Origin: an uncultured Verrucomicrobiae bacterium
Lineage (GTDB): Bacteria > Verrucomicrobiota > Verrucomicrobiia > Palsa-1439
DNA: 64,000 nucleotides
Direction: 5' to 3'
Assembly: GCA_963812605.1 (NCBI GenBank)
Contig: CAWEWF010000005.1
Coordinates: 288,001 to 352,000 of the forward strand
This document shows, one piece after another, positions 30,532-40,421 of the stretch; the first letter of the stretch is position 1, and each line of letters opens with the position of its first letter. Made by a program: the position numbers and the translations under genes. The notes under the pieces are model-generated. The model did no database searches, had not been told where the DNA came from, and worked only from the letters and a program-made list of their open reading frames with translations.

Positions 30532-31417
30532 TTATTTGGACGAAAGGCTGGAGATCAGGTCCTGGTTCATCTTCACGAATGAACTGGAGGGACCTTCGGC
30601 TTTGACTGCCAACTCGCTGGATTCCTTGGCGGCGGCAATCGCGCCGGGCTTATCGCCCTGCTTCGCGAGAATCTTCGCCTTCAGGTTTAGCAACTCATAG
30701 GCAATGCGGGGCTTGTCGGCGAGACCCGTATCCAGCCACGCGAGGGCCTTTTTCAGGTCGAGATCGTGATTGAAATAAAATGTCGCGGCCTGGAAATAAA
30801 ACTGCGGTTGCTTTTTGTCCGTCGACGCCATGGCGGCTTCGACTTGCGGCACGACCTTGCTGACGACCTCGACTTCGAGATGGATGGGGACGACGGTCTT
30901 TTCCCAGACGAGTTCGAGAAGGGCGGTTTCGTCGCGGATATGATTAAACTCAATCGCGAAGGTCTCGATGCTGTTTCTCCGCCAGCTTCACGGGAGCGGC
31001 CTTGAAGCGCACCAGATCGTTCTCCGGCTTGTAACCGAACGCTCCAAAACTATTGGTGTCCTTGGAGATGATGATCGTCCACTCCTCTTCTCCGGGAATG
31101 GTAAAGAGCGAATACTTGCCCGCGGGAACTGCGTTGCCGTTGAGCTTCACATCGGTTGAAAAGGAAATCTTTGTGGAGGCGTTCGCGCCCGTGCGCCACA
31201 CTTCGCCGTAAGGAACGATGCCGCCGTAGATCGTCCGTCCCTTGACGCTGGGCCGGGAATAGGTGATCTCGATGTCGGTGAGACCGATGTGTTGTTTGAG
31301 AGTAGCGGTGGGACTGGCCTGAGGGAAATCGACTTTGGGTGTCTGGGCCAGGAGCCCGGTCGCGAAAGCCCAGACGAAAACAGACAGCAGAGAGAAGTAG
31401 CGCGCGTGTGATTTCAT
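30532..31417 (-). CDS. DUF2911 domain secreted protein with TPR-like C-terminus (frameshift(s) near 30940-30975)
   Basis: PQASP, YSRPSVKGR, VPYGEVWRTGAN; helical YFQAATFY..ALAW tail. Confidence 0.85.
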
Positions 31418-31471
31418 GATTCGAAAGGCTAGCATAACCGAAACGGAATGAAAGCGGGAAGTGGGGGGTGC

Positions 31472-31685
31472 TGTAGGCCGCCTCTGCGAGGCGGCGTAAC
31501 GTCGCTGTAGCCGCGAAACATTTTCGGGGCGGGGAAAGGCCGCGAATGCGATTCGCGGCTACAAAGCGGCTGGAGTCCGGGGCAGTGTCTTAATTTGCCG
31601 CATTGCTTATCGTTCGTGTTTTATAGCCGAAGCGTAAGCTTCGGTGGTAGGAATGCGGATTCCCGAAGCTTACGCTTCGGCTACA
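31472..31685. repeat. Cluster of GTAG-type REP-like inverted repeats
   Basis: 31472 TGTAGGCCGCCTC..GAGGCGGC; 31506-31563 TGTAGCCGCGAA..TTCGCGGCTACA; perfect 21-bp IR at 31624-31644/31663-31683. Confidence 0.8.
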
Positions 31686-31773
31686 GTTGGCGTTTGCAAA
31701 TTAAGGCGCCGCCCGGTCCGCGCTTGCATTGATGGAGGCGGTGTGTTACCCCAGCATCCGCGAGGAATGTTCG

Positions 31774-32262
31774 ATGCCTGAAGCCCTTGACCCGGTAGTT
31801 ACGATCAGCTTGCTTGACCCGGTGGCGGGTTATGCGATGCAGAGTTGGGAATTTGAAGGGGCGTCGCTGATTCGCATCGGGCGCGCGGAAACGAACGATG
31901 TGGTCCTCAGCGACACTTCGGTCTCGCGAATGCACGGCGAACTCACGCGGACGGAGGCCGGCTGGAACGTCACCGCCCTGGGGCGCAACGGCATTGTCGT
32001 CGGCGGTCACGCGATCACCGGTGCCACGCCTGTCACCCATGAAACCGTCCTCCGCCTCGCCGCCCACGGGCCGTACTTGGAATTTCGATTCGGCCACAGA
32101 CACGACACGCTCGCGGAGAAACTCGACGCAGAACGGCGCTGGTCGGATGCGCGGGAGCGCGAAGAAGAGCGTCAGCGCGCCGACCAGACCGATGCGACTG
32201 AACTGGATTTTCGCCGGCGGGTCCACGGATTACACGAAGGAGACTCGAAGGACACGAAGTGA
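31774..32262 (+). CDS. FHA domain protein
   Basis: IRIGR..NDVVL...VSRMH, GRNG. Confidence 0.85.
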   Translation: MPEALDPVVTISLLDPVAGYAMQSWEFEGASLIRIGRAETNDVVLSDTSVSRMHGELTRTEAGWNVTALGRNGIVVGGHAITGATPVTHETVLRLAAHGPYLEFRFGHRHDTLAEKLDAERRWSDAREREEERQRADQTDATELDFRRRVHGLHEGDSKDTK

Positions 32263-32474
32263 GGTGGACGATAGGGCGCGGGATCGGCGGATGGATAAGG
32301 CTCGACTTCCTATCGACGCGTTGCTAGACTCGACTTGTTAGCAAGCGGGTGAGGGAACGTCTGGCAGAGAAGCGTCGGGTATGAACAAGTGGATTTTTAC
32401 AGGTGTTTTACTTAGCGGATTTCTGAACTGCGGTACAATCGTGTCGTAAGCAAGGCCACACACTTGAGGACATC

Positions 32475-33907
32475 ATGAGGCCGCGAACTGCACTGTTGCT
32501 GGTTGGTCTGCTACTGGGATTACATGTTCTCGGCTCCATAATTCCTAATGTCGACGCACAGACGCTGACGATTCTTTGGTCGTTCACCAACGGAGTCGAT
32601 GGCGCCGGTCCGTATGCCGGGCTGGTTCAAGGCAGTGACGGGAACTTCTACGGTACGACGGAAGGTCGGTCGGGAACTGTGTTTCGGATCAGTCCGAGCG
32701 GCACTTTCACGAATTTGCACACGTTCACCGGCATCGATGGAGTCCATCCTGCTGCCGGGCTCGTGCAGGGCATCGATGGCAATTTCTATGGCACTACCAG
32801 GTTTTCCGGGACTACTGAATCTACCCGGCACCGTGTTTCGGATTAGTCCGGGTGGCAGCTTCACGAATCTACACATATTCAGCGGTAGTGATGGATCTGG
32901 ACCGGTTGGAGGGCTCGTACAAGGGAACGACGGAAATTTCTACGGTACAACCTACGCTGGTGGGACAAGCAATGTGGGCACTGTGTTTCGGATCAGTCCG
33001 ATAGGCAACTTCACGACTTTGTATTCATTTAGTGGCATTGATGGGGCAGGGCCAGGAGGCGTCCTGGTGCAAGGGAACGACGGTAATTTCTACGGAACAG
33101 GCTCCTGCGGCGGGGCGTTCACAAACAATGCTCCCGGCGGCACGATCTTCCCCGGCTGACGGTACGGTGTTCCGTATCAGTCCGGGCGATAGCTTCACGA
33201 ATCTGTACTCGTTTAGTGGCGGTGATGGGAGTCTTCCCATTGGGGGATTGGTGGTGGGCTCCGACGGCAATTTCTACGGCACGACCTTTTATGGGGGGAC
33301 GAATGGCAACAATGGCACCGTGTTCCGGGTCACTCCGAGCGGCAGCCTTACGATGCTTTGGTCATTTACGGACGGTAGCGACGGAGCTGCGCCCAATGCC
33401 GCGTTAGTGCGAGGTAGCGATGGAAACTTATACGGAACGACTTTGGCAGGCGGGCCGACCTTCTTATTTAACGGCACGTTGTTCCGAATCACTCTAAGCG
33501 GCAGCTTGACGAATCTGTACTCTTTCAGTCTCAGCAACGGAGGCGGTCCGACTGCCGGCCTGGTACAAGGCAGCGACGGGAGTTTCTATGGCACGACTGA
33601 GAGTGGCGGGACAAGCACCAACTGTTATAACGGCTGCGGCATGGTTTTCAAGCTTCCTGTCCTGCTTAATCCTCCAGCCAATGAAATCAGTCAAATTCAG
33701 TTGTCGGGCACTGACATTGTTATTGGTATTCCGTCGGTGGCGTACGAGACCTATCAATTGCAGTTTAGCAGTTCGATGACTCCTACCAACTGGGTCAATG
33801 TGCCCGGTGTATCGGTGACCAACAGCATTGGGGCGCTCCTGACGCTGACCAACTTTGGCGGGGCTTTGGAGCCGCAAGGGTTCTACCGGTTCGACATCAC
33901 GCCGTAG
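32475..33907 (+). CDS. Secreted choice-of-anchor/GloVer tandem-repeat beta-propeller protein with C-terminal 'FYR' domain (two frameshifts)
   Basis: Repeated '[25 protein letters not shown]' units across three frames. Confidence 0.85.
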
Positions 33908-34111
33908 GTGAAGTGGGAATTGGCTGCGGAGAATTCCACCAATCGACAACCCGGTTGTAGGGCGGGATGCCCCCGTCCGACGGGTGTATCCCGCCGCACG
34001 ACGCATCAAATGCCGAAGGAAACGGCGGGATACCTACACGACAGGCATCCCGCCGTACAATTCGGTGGTGATCCGCTTAATATCGCCTCCAGTGAAAACG
34101 CTTTCCAGAAA

Positions 34112-34438
34112 TATCGTATATCGATAATTTTGCTGGACGGCTTGCTGCGGATTGGGCATAGTTCCGGAACGGCAAAGCTGCGACGAGTCGCAGCACTCCA
34201 AAGGGAGAGCAGGAATTGGGAAACGGAAGGATACAGGCGGGACGCCTGTTCAACTCGATGCCGGAATGACACTCCGTCATGCGACGGAGCGCCACTATCG
34301 GCGGAGAAGAGAGGGGCCCATATAGTGTTTCTGCGAAACGAACCGGATCGGAATTTGGTATTTTTCTGGCAGATGTATCAGGACGAGAGGAAGTTATGTC
34401 GTGAGGGTGAATTTTTTCAATCCGGTTCGTTTTTTGGA
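34112..34438 (+). other. Repeated non-coding module, copy 1 (operator + promoter + long stem)
   Basis: TATCG-N5-CGATA, TGGACG-N17-CATAGT, stem 34335-34348/34420-34433; homologous to 53020-53315. Confidence 0.7.
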
Positions 34439-34536
34439 TTGGCGAAGTTGGGAGACCTTCGGTCGAGCAGCGTGCGCGGTCGGGTCCCGAAAGAGGTTGG
34501 GGTAAAAGACCGGCGCACAAACGAGAGAATGGATTT

Positions 34537-34574
34537 AACGTCCAACGTTCAACGCTCAACTTTCAACGTCCAAC
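34537..34574 (+). repeat. Heptamer tandem repeat (AACGTCC-like x5)
   Basis: AACGTCC AACGTTC AACGCTC AACTTTC AACGTCC AAC. Confidence 0.85.
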
Positions 34575-34718
34575 ACGAAGGGGAACTTGGCATGGCGGGC
34601 CGGGCAGAGAACACGGCGGTCATAGACCGCCGCTACAAGGGCAACTTGAGGGCAGGGGTCGCGACGGGGACGCTGCTTCACAGGGGCGGCCTACATTACC
34701 CGGTTATGCCGCTCCGCG

Positions 34719-34747
34719 TTGACACACCACACTGTGCGTGATAGTTT
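34719..34747 (+). promoter_or_regulatory. sigma70-type ileS promoter
   Basis: TTGACA-N17-TAGTTT with TG extension. Confidence 0.65.
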
Positions 34748-34771
34748 TGCGCGCTCTTGGCGGGGCGCACC

Positions 34772-37564
34772 ATGGCTGAGACCCAATTGAATTACAAAGA
34801 TACGCTGAACCTTCCGCAGACGGACTTCCCGATGAAGGCCAACCTGCCGCAGCGCGAGCCGGAGATGTTGGGGCGCTGGGAGACGGGGCAGCTCTACGAG
34901 AAGATCATGTGGGCCCGCCGCGCCGCGCCGCTGTTTGTCCTGCACGACGGTCCGCCGTTTGCCAACGGCGATGCGCACATCGGCCACGTGCTCAACAAGA
35001 CCCTCAAGGACGTCGTGGTGAAGTACAAGACGATGAGTGGTTTTTGCGCGCCGTACGTGCCGGGGTGGGATTGCCACGGATTGCCCATCGAATTCAAGGT
35101 CACCCAGGAAATGCGCAAGGCGGGCGATACCACGGCGGACCCGGCGATGATTCGACAGGCGTGCGACGCTTATGCGCGCAAGTACATCGACATCCAGCGC
35201 ACGCAATTCAAGCGCCTCGGCATCTTGGGGGACTGGGAGCATCCGTACCTGACGCTCAACAAGGAATATGAGGCGGACGAATTGCGGTTGTTCGCGGACA
35301 TCGTGGAGAAGGGGTTCGTTTATCGCGGCAAGAAGCCGATCTACTGGTGCGCGACGTGTCGCACGGCATTGGCGGAAGCCGAAGTGGAATATGCCGACCA
35401 CGTTTCCCCGTCGGTCTATGTGAAGTTTCCCGTGAAAGGTCGGGACAAGGAGTTCGTGGTCATCTGGACGACGACTCCCTGGACCTTGCCGGCCAACCTC
35501 GCGATTGCGGTGAAACCCGATTTGACCTACGTCCGCGTGAAAGCGCCCAACGGCGAAACGTGGATCCTGGCCGAAGGGCTTGTCGAGCGGGTCGGTCAGG
35601 CCTGCGGAGTTGAGTTGGTCGTACAACAGAAGGTTTCCGTTGACGAACTCGAACGACTGGTCACGCGTCATCCGTTTATTGAGCGGGACTCGCCAGTGGT
35701 CTTTTCGCCCTACGTGACGTTGGAGCAGGGGACGGGTCTGGTGCACACGGCGCCTGGCCACGGCGCGGAGGACTACGAGATCGGCGAGAAATATGGACTG
35801 GAAACGCTCGCGCCCGTCGATGATGGTGGCGTTTTCACGAAAGAGGCGGGACAGTTCGCGGGTCAATTTGTCTTCAAGGCCAACAAGACCATCGTCGAGC
35901 ATCTCCAGGCCATCGGGGCGCTGGCGGGATACGCCGAGGTCAAGCACTCGTATCCGCATTGCTGGCGTTGCAAGAACCCGATCATCTTTCGCGCGATGGA
36001 ACAGTGGTTTCTCGCGCTCGATCACCAGGACCTGCGGCAGCGCGCCCTGGAAGAAGTGCGCACGGTGAAATGGGTGCCGCAATGGGGCGAGAACCGCATC
36101 GCGGGCACAATCGCGCAGCGCCCGGATTGGTGTATTTCGCGACAACGCTCGTGGGGCGTACCGATCCCGGCGTTTTACGACGCGGAAGGCCAACCGATTC
36201 TCGACGCGCAGATTGTCCGAGGCGCCGCCGACCTGGTTGAGAAGTATGGCTCGAACGTCTGGTTCGAAAAATCCGTCGCGGAACTTTGGTCGGCATTGAA
36301 GCCGAAGGATTGGAAGGGGGCCGAGGCGGTGACCAAGTCCAACGACACGCTCGACGTGTGGATCGATTCTGGCTCGTCTTCGCGGGCGGTTTTGATGCGA
36401 CGGCCCGAACTGAAGCACGCGGCGGCCGACGCGAAACACCCGGCCTGGCAGGCGGACTTATATATGGAAGGCAGCGACCAGCATCGCGGCTGGTTCCAAT
36501 CTTCCCTGCTGCTTTCCGTGGCGGGCAACGGTGTTGCGCCTTTCCGGGCGGTGGCGACGCATGGTTTTCTCGTCATCCAGGTCGAGGAGACCGGGAAGAA
36601 ACAAAAGATTTCGAAGTCAGCCGGCAAACCGGCCAATTCGGAGGAGTACGTCAAGCGCTTCGGGGCGGATGTCCTGCGGCTCTGGGTGGTTTCGGAGGAC
36701 TACCAGGGAGACGTGCCGTTGTCGGAGGAGATTTTTGAGCGAGTCTCCGAAACCTATCGTAAGGTGCGCAACACCCTGCGGATTCTGCTGGCGAACCTCT
36801 ATGATTTCGATCCGGCAAAACACGCGGTGCCGCACGGGAAACTGGCGGAGATCGACCGCTGGTTGCTGTCGCGTTTGCAGGCGCTCGTTGCCGATTTGAC
36901 CGAAGCGTATGAGAACCTGGAATTCCATCGCGTGTACCATTTGGTGAACGCTTTCTGCGCGGTGGAAATCTCGTCCTTTTACGTTGACGTAATGAAAGAC
37001 CCGTTGTATACGCTTGCGCCCAATTCGGCGGAACGGCGGTCGGCGCAGACCGCGATTTTTGAGACGGTGGCGACGCTGGCGAAGGTGCTGGCGCCGATTG
37101 TGCCGTTCACGGCGGACGAAGTCTGGAGCTTCCTGCCAGCGCGGGAGACAGAGTCGGTGCATTTGGCGAAGTTTCCGGTGGCGGACGCGAAGCGGCGCGA
37201 CACGGAACTGGAAGCGCGCTGGGAACGGTTGCTGGAAGTCCGCCGCGTGGCCTCGCTGGAGTTGGAGAAGGCGCGCCAGGGCAAGACGATTGGCAAGTCG
37301 CTCGAAGCGCGGGTGGAAATCGAGGCGAACAACGACGCGACGCGCGACTTGCTGTCGGCGCTCGGGTCAGCGCTGGAGACGGTGTTGATTGTGTCGCAAG
37401 TTCAGGTCGCGCCCTTGACGGGAGGCGAATTACGGGTGAAGGTCAGCCCGGCTTCCGGCCGCAAATGTGTGCGGTGCTGGCGGTGGACCGAGGATGTGGG
37501 CGCCGACGCGGCGCATCCGGAACTGTGCGGGCGCTGCGCGGAGGTCGTGAAACAGCGGGCGTGA
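34772..37564 (+). CDS. ileS: Isoleucine--tRNA ligase (type 1)
   Basis: HDGPPFANG, HIGH, GWDCHGLP, WTTTPWT, EGSDQHRGWF, KISKS, C-terminal CxxC..CxxC. Confidence 0.98.
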   Translation: MAETQLNYKDTLNLPQTDFPMKANLPQREPEMLGRWETGQLYEKIMWARRAAPLFVLHDGPPFANGDAHIGHVLNKTLKDVVVKYKTMSGFCAPYVPGWDCHGLPIEFKVTQEMRKAGDTTADPAMIRQACDAYARKYIDIQRTQFKRLGILGDWEHPYLTLNKEYEADELRLFADIVEKGFVYRGKKPIYWCATCRTALAEAEVEYADHVSPSVYVKFPVKGRDKEFVVIWTTTPWTLPANLAIAVKPDLTYVRVKAPNGETWILAEGLVERVGQACGVELVVQQKVSVDELERLVTRHPFIERDSPVVFSPYVTLEQGTGLVHTAPGHGAEDYEIGEKYGLETLAPVDDGGVFTKEAGQFAGQFVFKANKTIVEHLQAIGALAGYAEVKHSYPHCWRCKNPIIFRAMEQWFLALDHQDLRQRALEEVRTVKWVPQWGENRIAGTIAQRPDWCISRQRSWGVPIPAFYDAEGQPILDAQIVRGAADLVEKYGSNVWFEKSVAELWSALKPKDWKGAEAVTKSNDTLDVWIDSGSSSRAVLMRRPELKHAAADAKHPAWQADLYMEGSDQHRGWFQSSLLLSVAGNGVAPFRAVATHGFLVIQVEETGKKQKISKSAGKPANSEEYVKRFGADVLRLWVVSEDYQGDVPLSEEIFERVSETYRKVRNTLRILLANLYDFDPAKHAVPHGKLAEIDRWLLSRLQALVADLTEAYENLEFHRVYHLVNAFCAVEISSFYVDVMKDPLYTLAPNSAERRSAQTAIFETVATLAKVLAPIVPFTADEVWSFLPARETESVHLAKFPVADAKRRDTELEARWERLLEVRRVASLELEKARQGKTIGKSLEARVEIEANNDATRDLLSALGSALETVLIVSQVQVAPLTGGELRVKVSPASGRKCVRCWRWTEDVGADAAHPELCGRCAEVVKQRA

Positions 37565-37590
37565 AAAATGCAGTGGGATCGACAGTGTTT

Positions 37591-38229
37591 ATGAAGAAAC
37601 AAGCCAGGAAAATCAAAATCGAGAAACCGAAAGCGGTTACCAAAAAGGGGACCATGGGGACAACTGCAAAAGTCAAAGCGGCGCCGAAAGAGAAAGTGTC
37701 AAAAGCGGAGGCGAAGAAGCGAGCGGCAGCGCTGGCGATCGCCGCCGAAGCCGAGCGTCCGGCGAAGACGCTGAAACTTTCCAAGGATGACTCGACGAAG
37801 TTCAAGAAACTGCTGCTCGATTTGCGCGATCATCTCATCGACGGCGTGAATTTCCTGGCCAGCGACAACCTCAAGCGCACCCAGCGCGATGCGTCGGGTG
37901 AATTGAGCAATTACAGCCTGCACATGGCGGACGCCGGGACCGATAATTTCGACCGTGAATTTGCCCTGAGCCTGGTGTCGAACGAACAGGAAGCGCTGTA
38001 TGAAATTGAGGAGGCGCTCAAGCGGCTGGAGCACAGCACGTATGGCGTTTGCGGCAACTGCGAGAAGAACATCATGAAGGCGCGGCTGGAGGCGGTGCCG
38101 TTTGCGCGGCTGTGCGTGAACTGCCAGTCCGAGATTGAAAAAGATCATCATCGGCCGGCGCCGCAGGGGCCGATGTTTACCGAGGCCGCCGACGAAGATG
38201 GCGGCGACGCGGAGGAGTCCGAGGAGTAA
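37591..38229 (+). CDS. TraR/DksA C4-type zinc finger protein with Lys-rich N-terminus
   Basis: HMADAGTD, YGVCGNC..RLEAVPFARLCVNC. Confidence 0.9.
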   Translation: MKKQARKIKIEKPKAVTKKGTMGTTAKVKAAPKEKVSKAEAKKRAAALAIAAEAERPAKTLKLSKDDSTKFKKLLLDLRDHLIDGVNFLASDNLKRTQRDASGELSNYSLHMADAGTDNFDREFALSLVSNEQEALYEIEEALKRLEHSTYGVCGNCEKNIMKARLEAVPFARLCVNCQSEIEKDHHRPAPQGPMFTEAADEDGGDAEESEE

Positions 38230-38243
38230 CCCCGGGGCGTGCC

Positions 38244-38726
38244 ATGCAATGGGTCGCGCTCATCGCTGTCACGGTGGCCGTCCTCGATCAACTGACGAAG
38301 TGGCTCGTGGTGCGTTTCATCGGGCCGGAGGAATCCTGGGTGATCATCAGCGGCTTCTTCAACCTTGTCAACTGGAGCAACACCGGCGCTGCGTGGGGCA
38401 TCTTTCAACATTACAATCTCGTCCTGGCGATCATTTCGCTGGTTACGGTGCTGGCGCTCTATCTGTTCCGGCGTTCCTTCCAGCTACAGCACTGGGGTCC
38501 GCGCATCGCGCTCGGACTGATCACGGGCGGGATCATTGGCAATCTCATTGACCGGATTCGCGTCGGCTACGTGATTGATTTTCTTTCTTTCTATGTCGGC
38601 CAATACCATTGGCCGGCCTTTAATGTGGCCGATAGCGCGATTTGCGTGGGAGTGGGGTTGTACATTATCCTGTCGTGGCGCAATGACGCGGCGGAACGGA
38701 AGCGCCAGCCGGCAATTTCATCGTAG
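38244..38726 (+). CDS. lspA: Lipoprotein signal peptidase II
   Basis: DQLTK, NTGAAWG, GNLIDR, VIDF, FNVAD. Confidence 0.95.
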   Translation: MQWVALIAVTVAVLDQLTKWLVVRFIGPEESWVIISGFFNLVNWSNTGAAWGIFQHYNLVLAIISLVTVLALYLFRRSFQLQHWGPRIALGLITGGIIGNLIDRIRVGYVIDFLSFYVGQYHWPAFNVADSAICVGVGLYIILSWRNDAAERKRQPAISS

Positions 38727-38749
38727 GGCGCGCAGGTTAAAGCCTGCGG

Positions 38750-39552
38750 CTAAAGATTGTACAACTCGCGTTTGCGCCTTTCAAACTTCGCCAACTGCCG
38801 GCAATTCTTCCGTTTCAGGAATGCTTCGACTTCGCGGAACTTGAGGCCGACCTGATCCGGCGCGTGCGCGTCCGAGTTGACCGTGAGCGGGATGCCGAGC
38901 GCCAGCGCCTCTTCGACAAGGGGAAGCATCGGGTAGGGCTGTGGCTCGGGCAACTCGGAGTGGCGATACCCCGAGGTGTTGATCTCCAGGCAAATTCCCG
39001 CCGCTTTGATTTCCTGCAAGGTACGGGTGACATCTTCGGCTTCGCGCTCACCGGGCAGGAGGCCGGTGCGTTTCACCACATCGAAATGCGCCACGATATC
39101 GCACAGGCCGCTGCGCGCCAATTGCCGCAGACGCTCGAAATAACGGGTGTAGAGCGCATGCGCATCACCGGCGAACGGGCGCGGCCACGATGACTCGCGG
39201 CAGGCGTTGTCGAGAAAGTGGATTGAGCCAATCACATAGTCCCACGGATAGCGCGCGAGTTGCTGCGCGAGATAATCCTCGAGGCCCTCGAGGTAATCCA
39301 TCTCCAGGCCGAGCATCACGTCGATCTTGCCGCGGTAACGAAAACGCAGTTCCGTCACGCGCTCCACATAGTAGTGGACTCCGCTTCCGTCATCCGCACG
39401 TTGCGGCTGCGGCCGTCGGGCAGGGGATTGTGGTCGGAAAAACCGATTTCGCGCAGCCCGAGTTCAATGCCACGCTCGACGTAGTCCTCCATCGGTCCCG
39501 CGGCATGTTTGCACAGGGGCGTATGCATGTGATAATCGCACTGGATGGGCAT
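38750..39552 (-). CDS. PHP-family histidinol-phosphatase (HisJ/HisK-like; frameshift near 39380)
   Basis: DYHMHTPLCKHA, GFSDH, GLEMDY, GSIH, AHFD, EINTSG, SDAH. Confidence 0.85.
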
Positions 39553-39581
39553 GGCGCTGACTGTAACGGCGGAGCGGCGCG

Positions 39582-39610
39582 TTGACAATGACTTTGGCCG
39601 ATTCTAGTAT
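39582..39610 (+). promoter_or_regulatory. sigma70-type promoter, leaderless arrangement
   Basis: TTGACA-N17-TAGTAT, 8 nt before ATG 39619, no SD. Confidence 0.65.
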
Positions 39611-39618
39611 CGCGGCGC

Positions 39619-40389
39619 ATGGAAACGCCGATCGTCTTTGAATCCAAAGGCCAGCAAGTAGTGGGGATGTTACATTTGCCGGAGGGAACGGGCCGATTTC
39701 CCGCGGCGTTGCTACTGCACGGATTCACCGGCACGAAGGTCGAGCCGCACCGCATGTTTGTGAAAATCTCGCGGACTCTTGCCGAGCATGGGATCGCCAG
39801 CCTGCGTTTTGATTTTCGTGGTTCTGGCGATAGCGCGGGCGACTTCGAAGACATGACGATCCGGTCGGAAGTGGCCGATTCCTTGGAGGCGATCAAGTTC
39901 CTCCGCGTCACAAACGCATCAACTCGCGACGGCTGGCGCTGATCGGGATGAGCATGGGCGGCGCGATTGCGGCGCACGTTGTCGCCCGCGAGAAACATCG
40001 CATCAAATCACTGGTGCTCCTGGCGCCCGTGGCGGAAGGCGAGGGCATTCTTGATGAATTGTCCACGCCCGAGGCGGTTTCTTCGCTGGCCGAAACCGGT
40101 ATCACCGACCATGACGGCAATCTTGTCGGCGTGGCTTTCATTCGGCAGTTCGCGGAAATGAGGCCATTGCGCGAGGTGGTAAAATCCGCCTGTCCCGTGC
40201 TCATCGTCCACGGCTCGAAGGCCAGACCGTGCCCGCCCTGCATGGGGATATGTACGAGCGCGTGCTACAGGCGCACAAGCGGGTGGTCAAGAAGGTGATC
40301 ATCCCGGAGCGGACCACACATTCAACAAGCACATCTGGGAAATGCGCGTCCTGACGGAAACGGTCGATTGGTTGGGCGAGACGATGTAA
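39619..40389 (+). CDS. Alpha/beta hydrolase (several frameshifts)
   Basis: HGFTG, RFDFRGSGDS, GMSMGG nucleophile elbow, LIVHG, DHTF. Confidence 0.82.
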
Positions 40390-40421
40390 CGGCGAGTGCC
40401 CGTTTTCCCAAAACGTTTCTG

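Larger units (their letters stand above)
33956..34694. repeat. Non-coding region with several REP-like hairpins (33956-34059, 34174-34202, 34233-34255, 34614-34637)
   Basis: TGTAGGGCGGGATGC..GCATCCCGCCGTACA; GCTGCGACGAGTCGCAGCACTCCA; ACAGGCGGGACGCCTGT; CGGCGGTCATAGACCGCCGCTACA. Confidence 0.7.

Noticed and set aside
32580-33660. Periodic nucleotide repeats as a CRISPR array or DGR
   Set aside because: They are degenerate coding repeats of the propeller protein; no cas or reverse transcriptase gene is present.
33908-34741. 277-aa ORF, or a T-box riboswitch, upstream of ileS
   Set aside because: The translation is a patchwork of REP and heptamer repeats; no T-box motif was recognised, and ileS has its own promoter ~25 nt upstream of the ATG.
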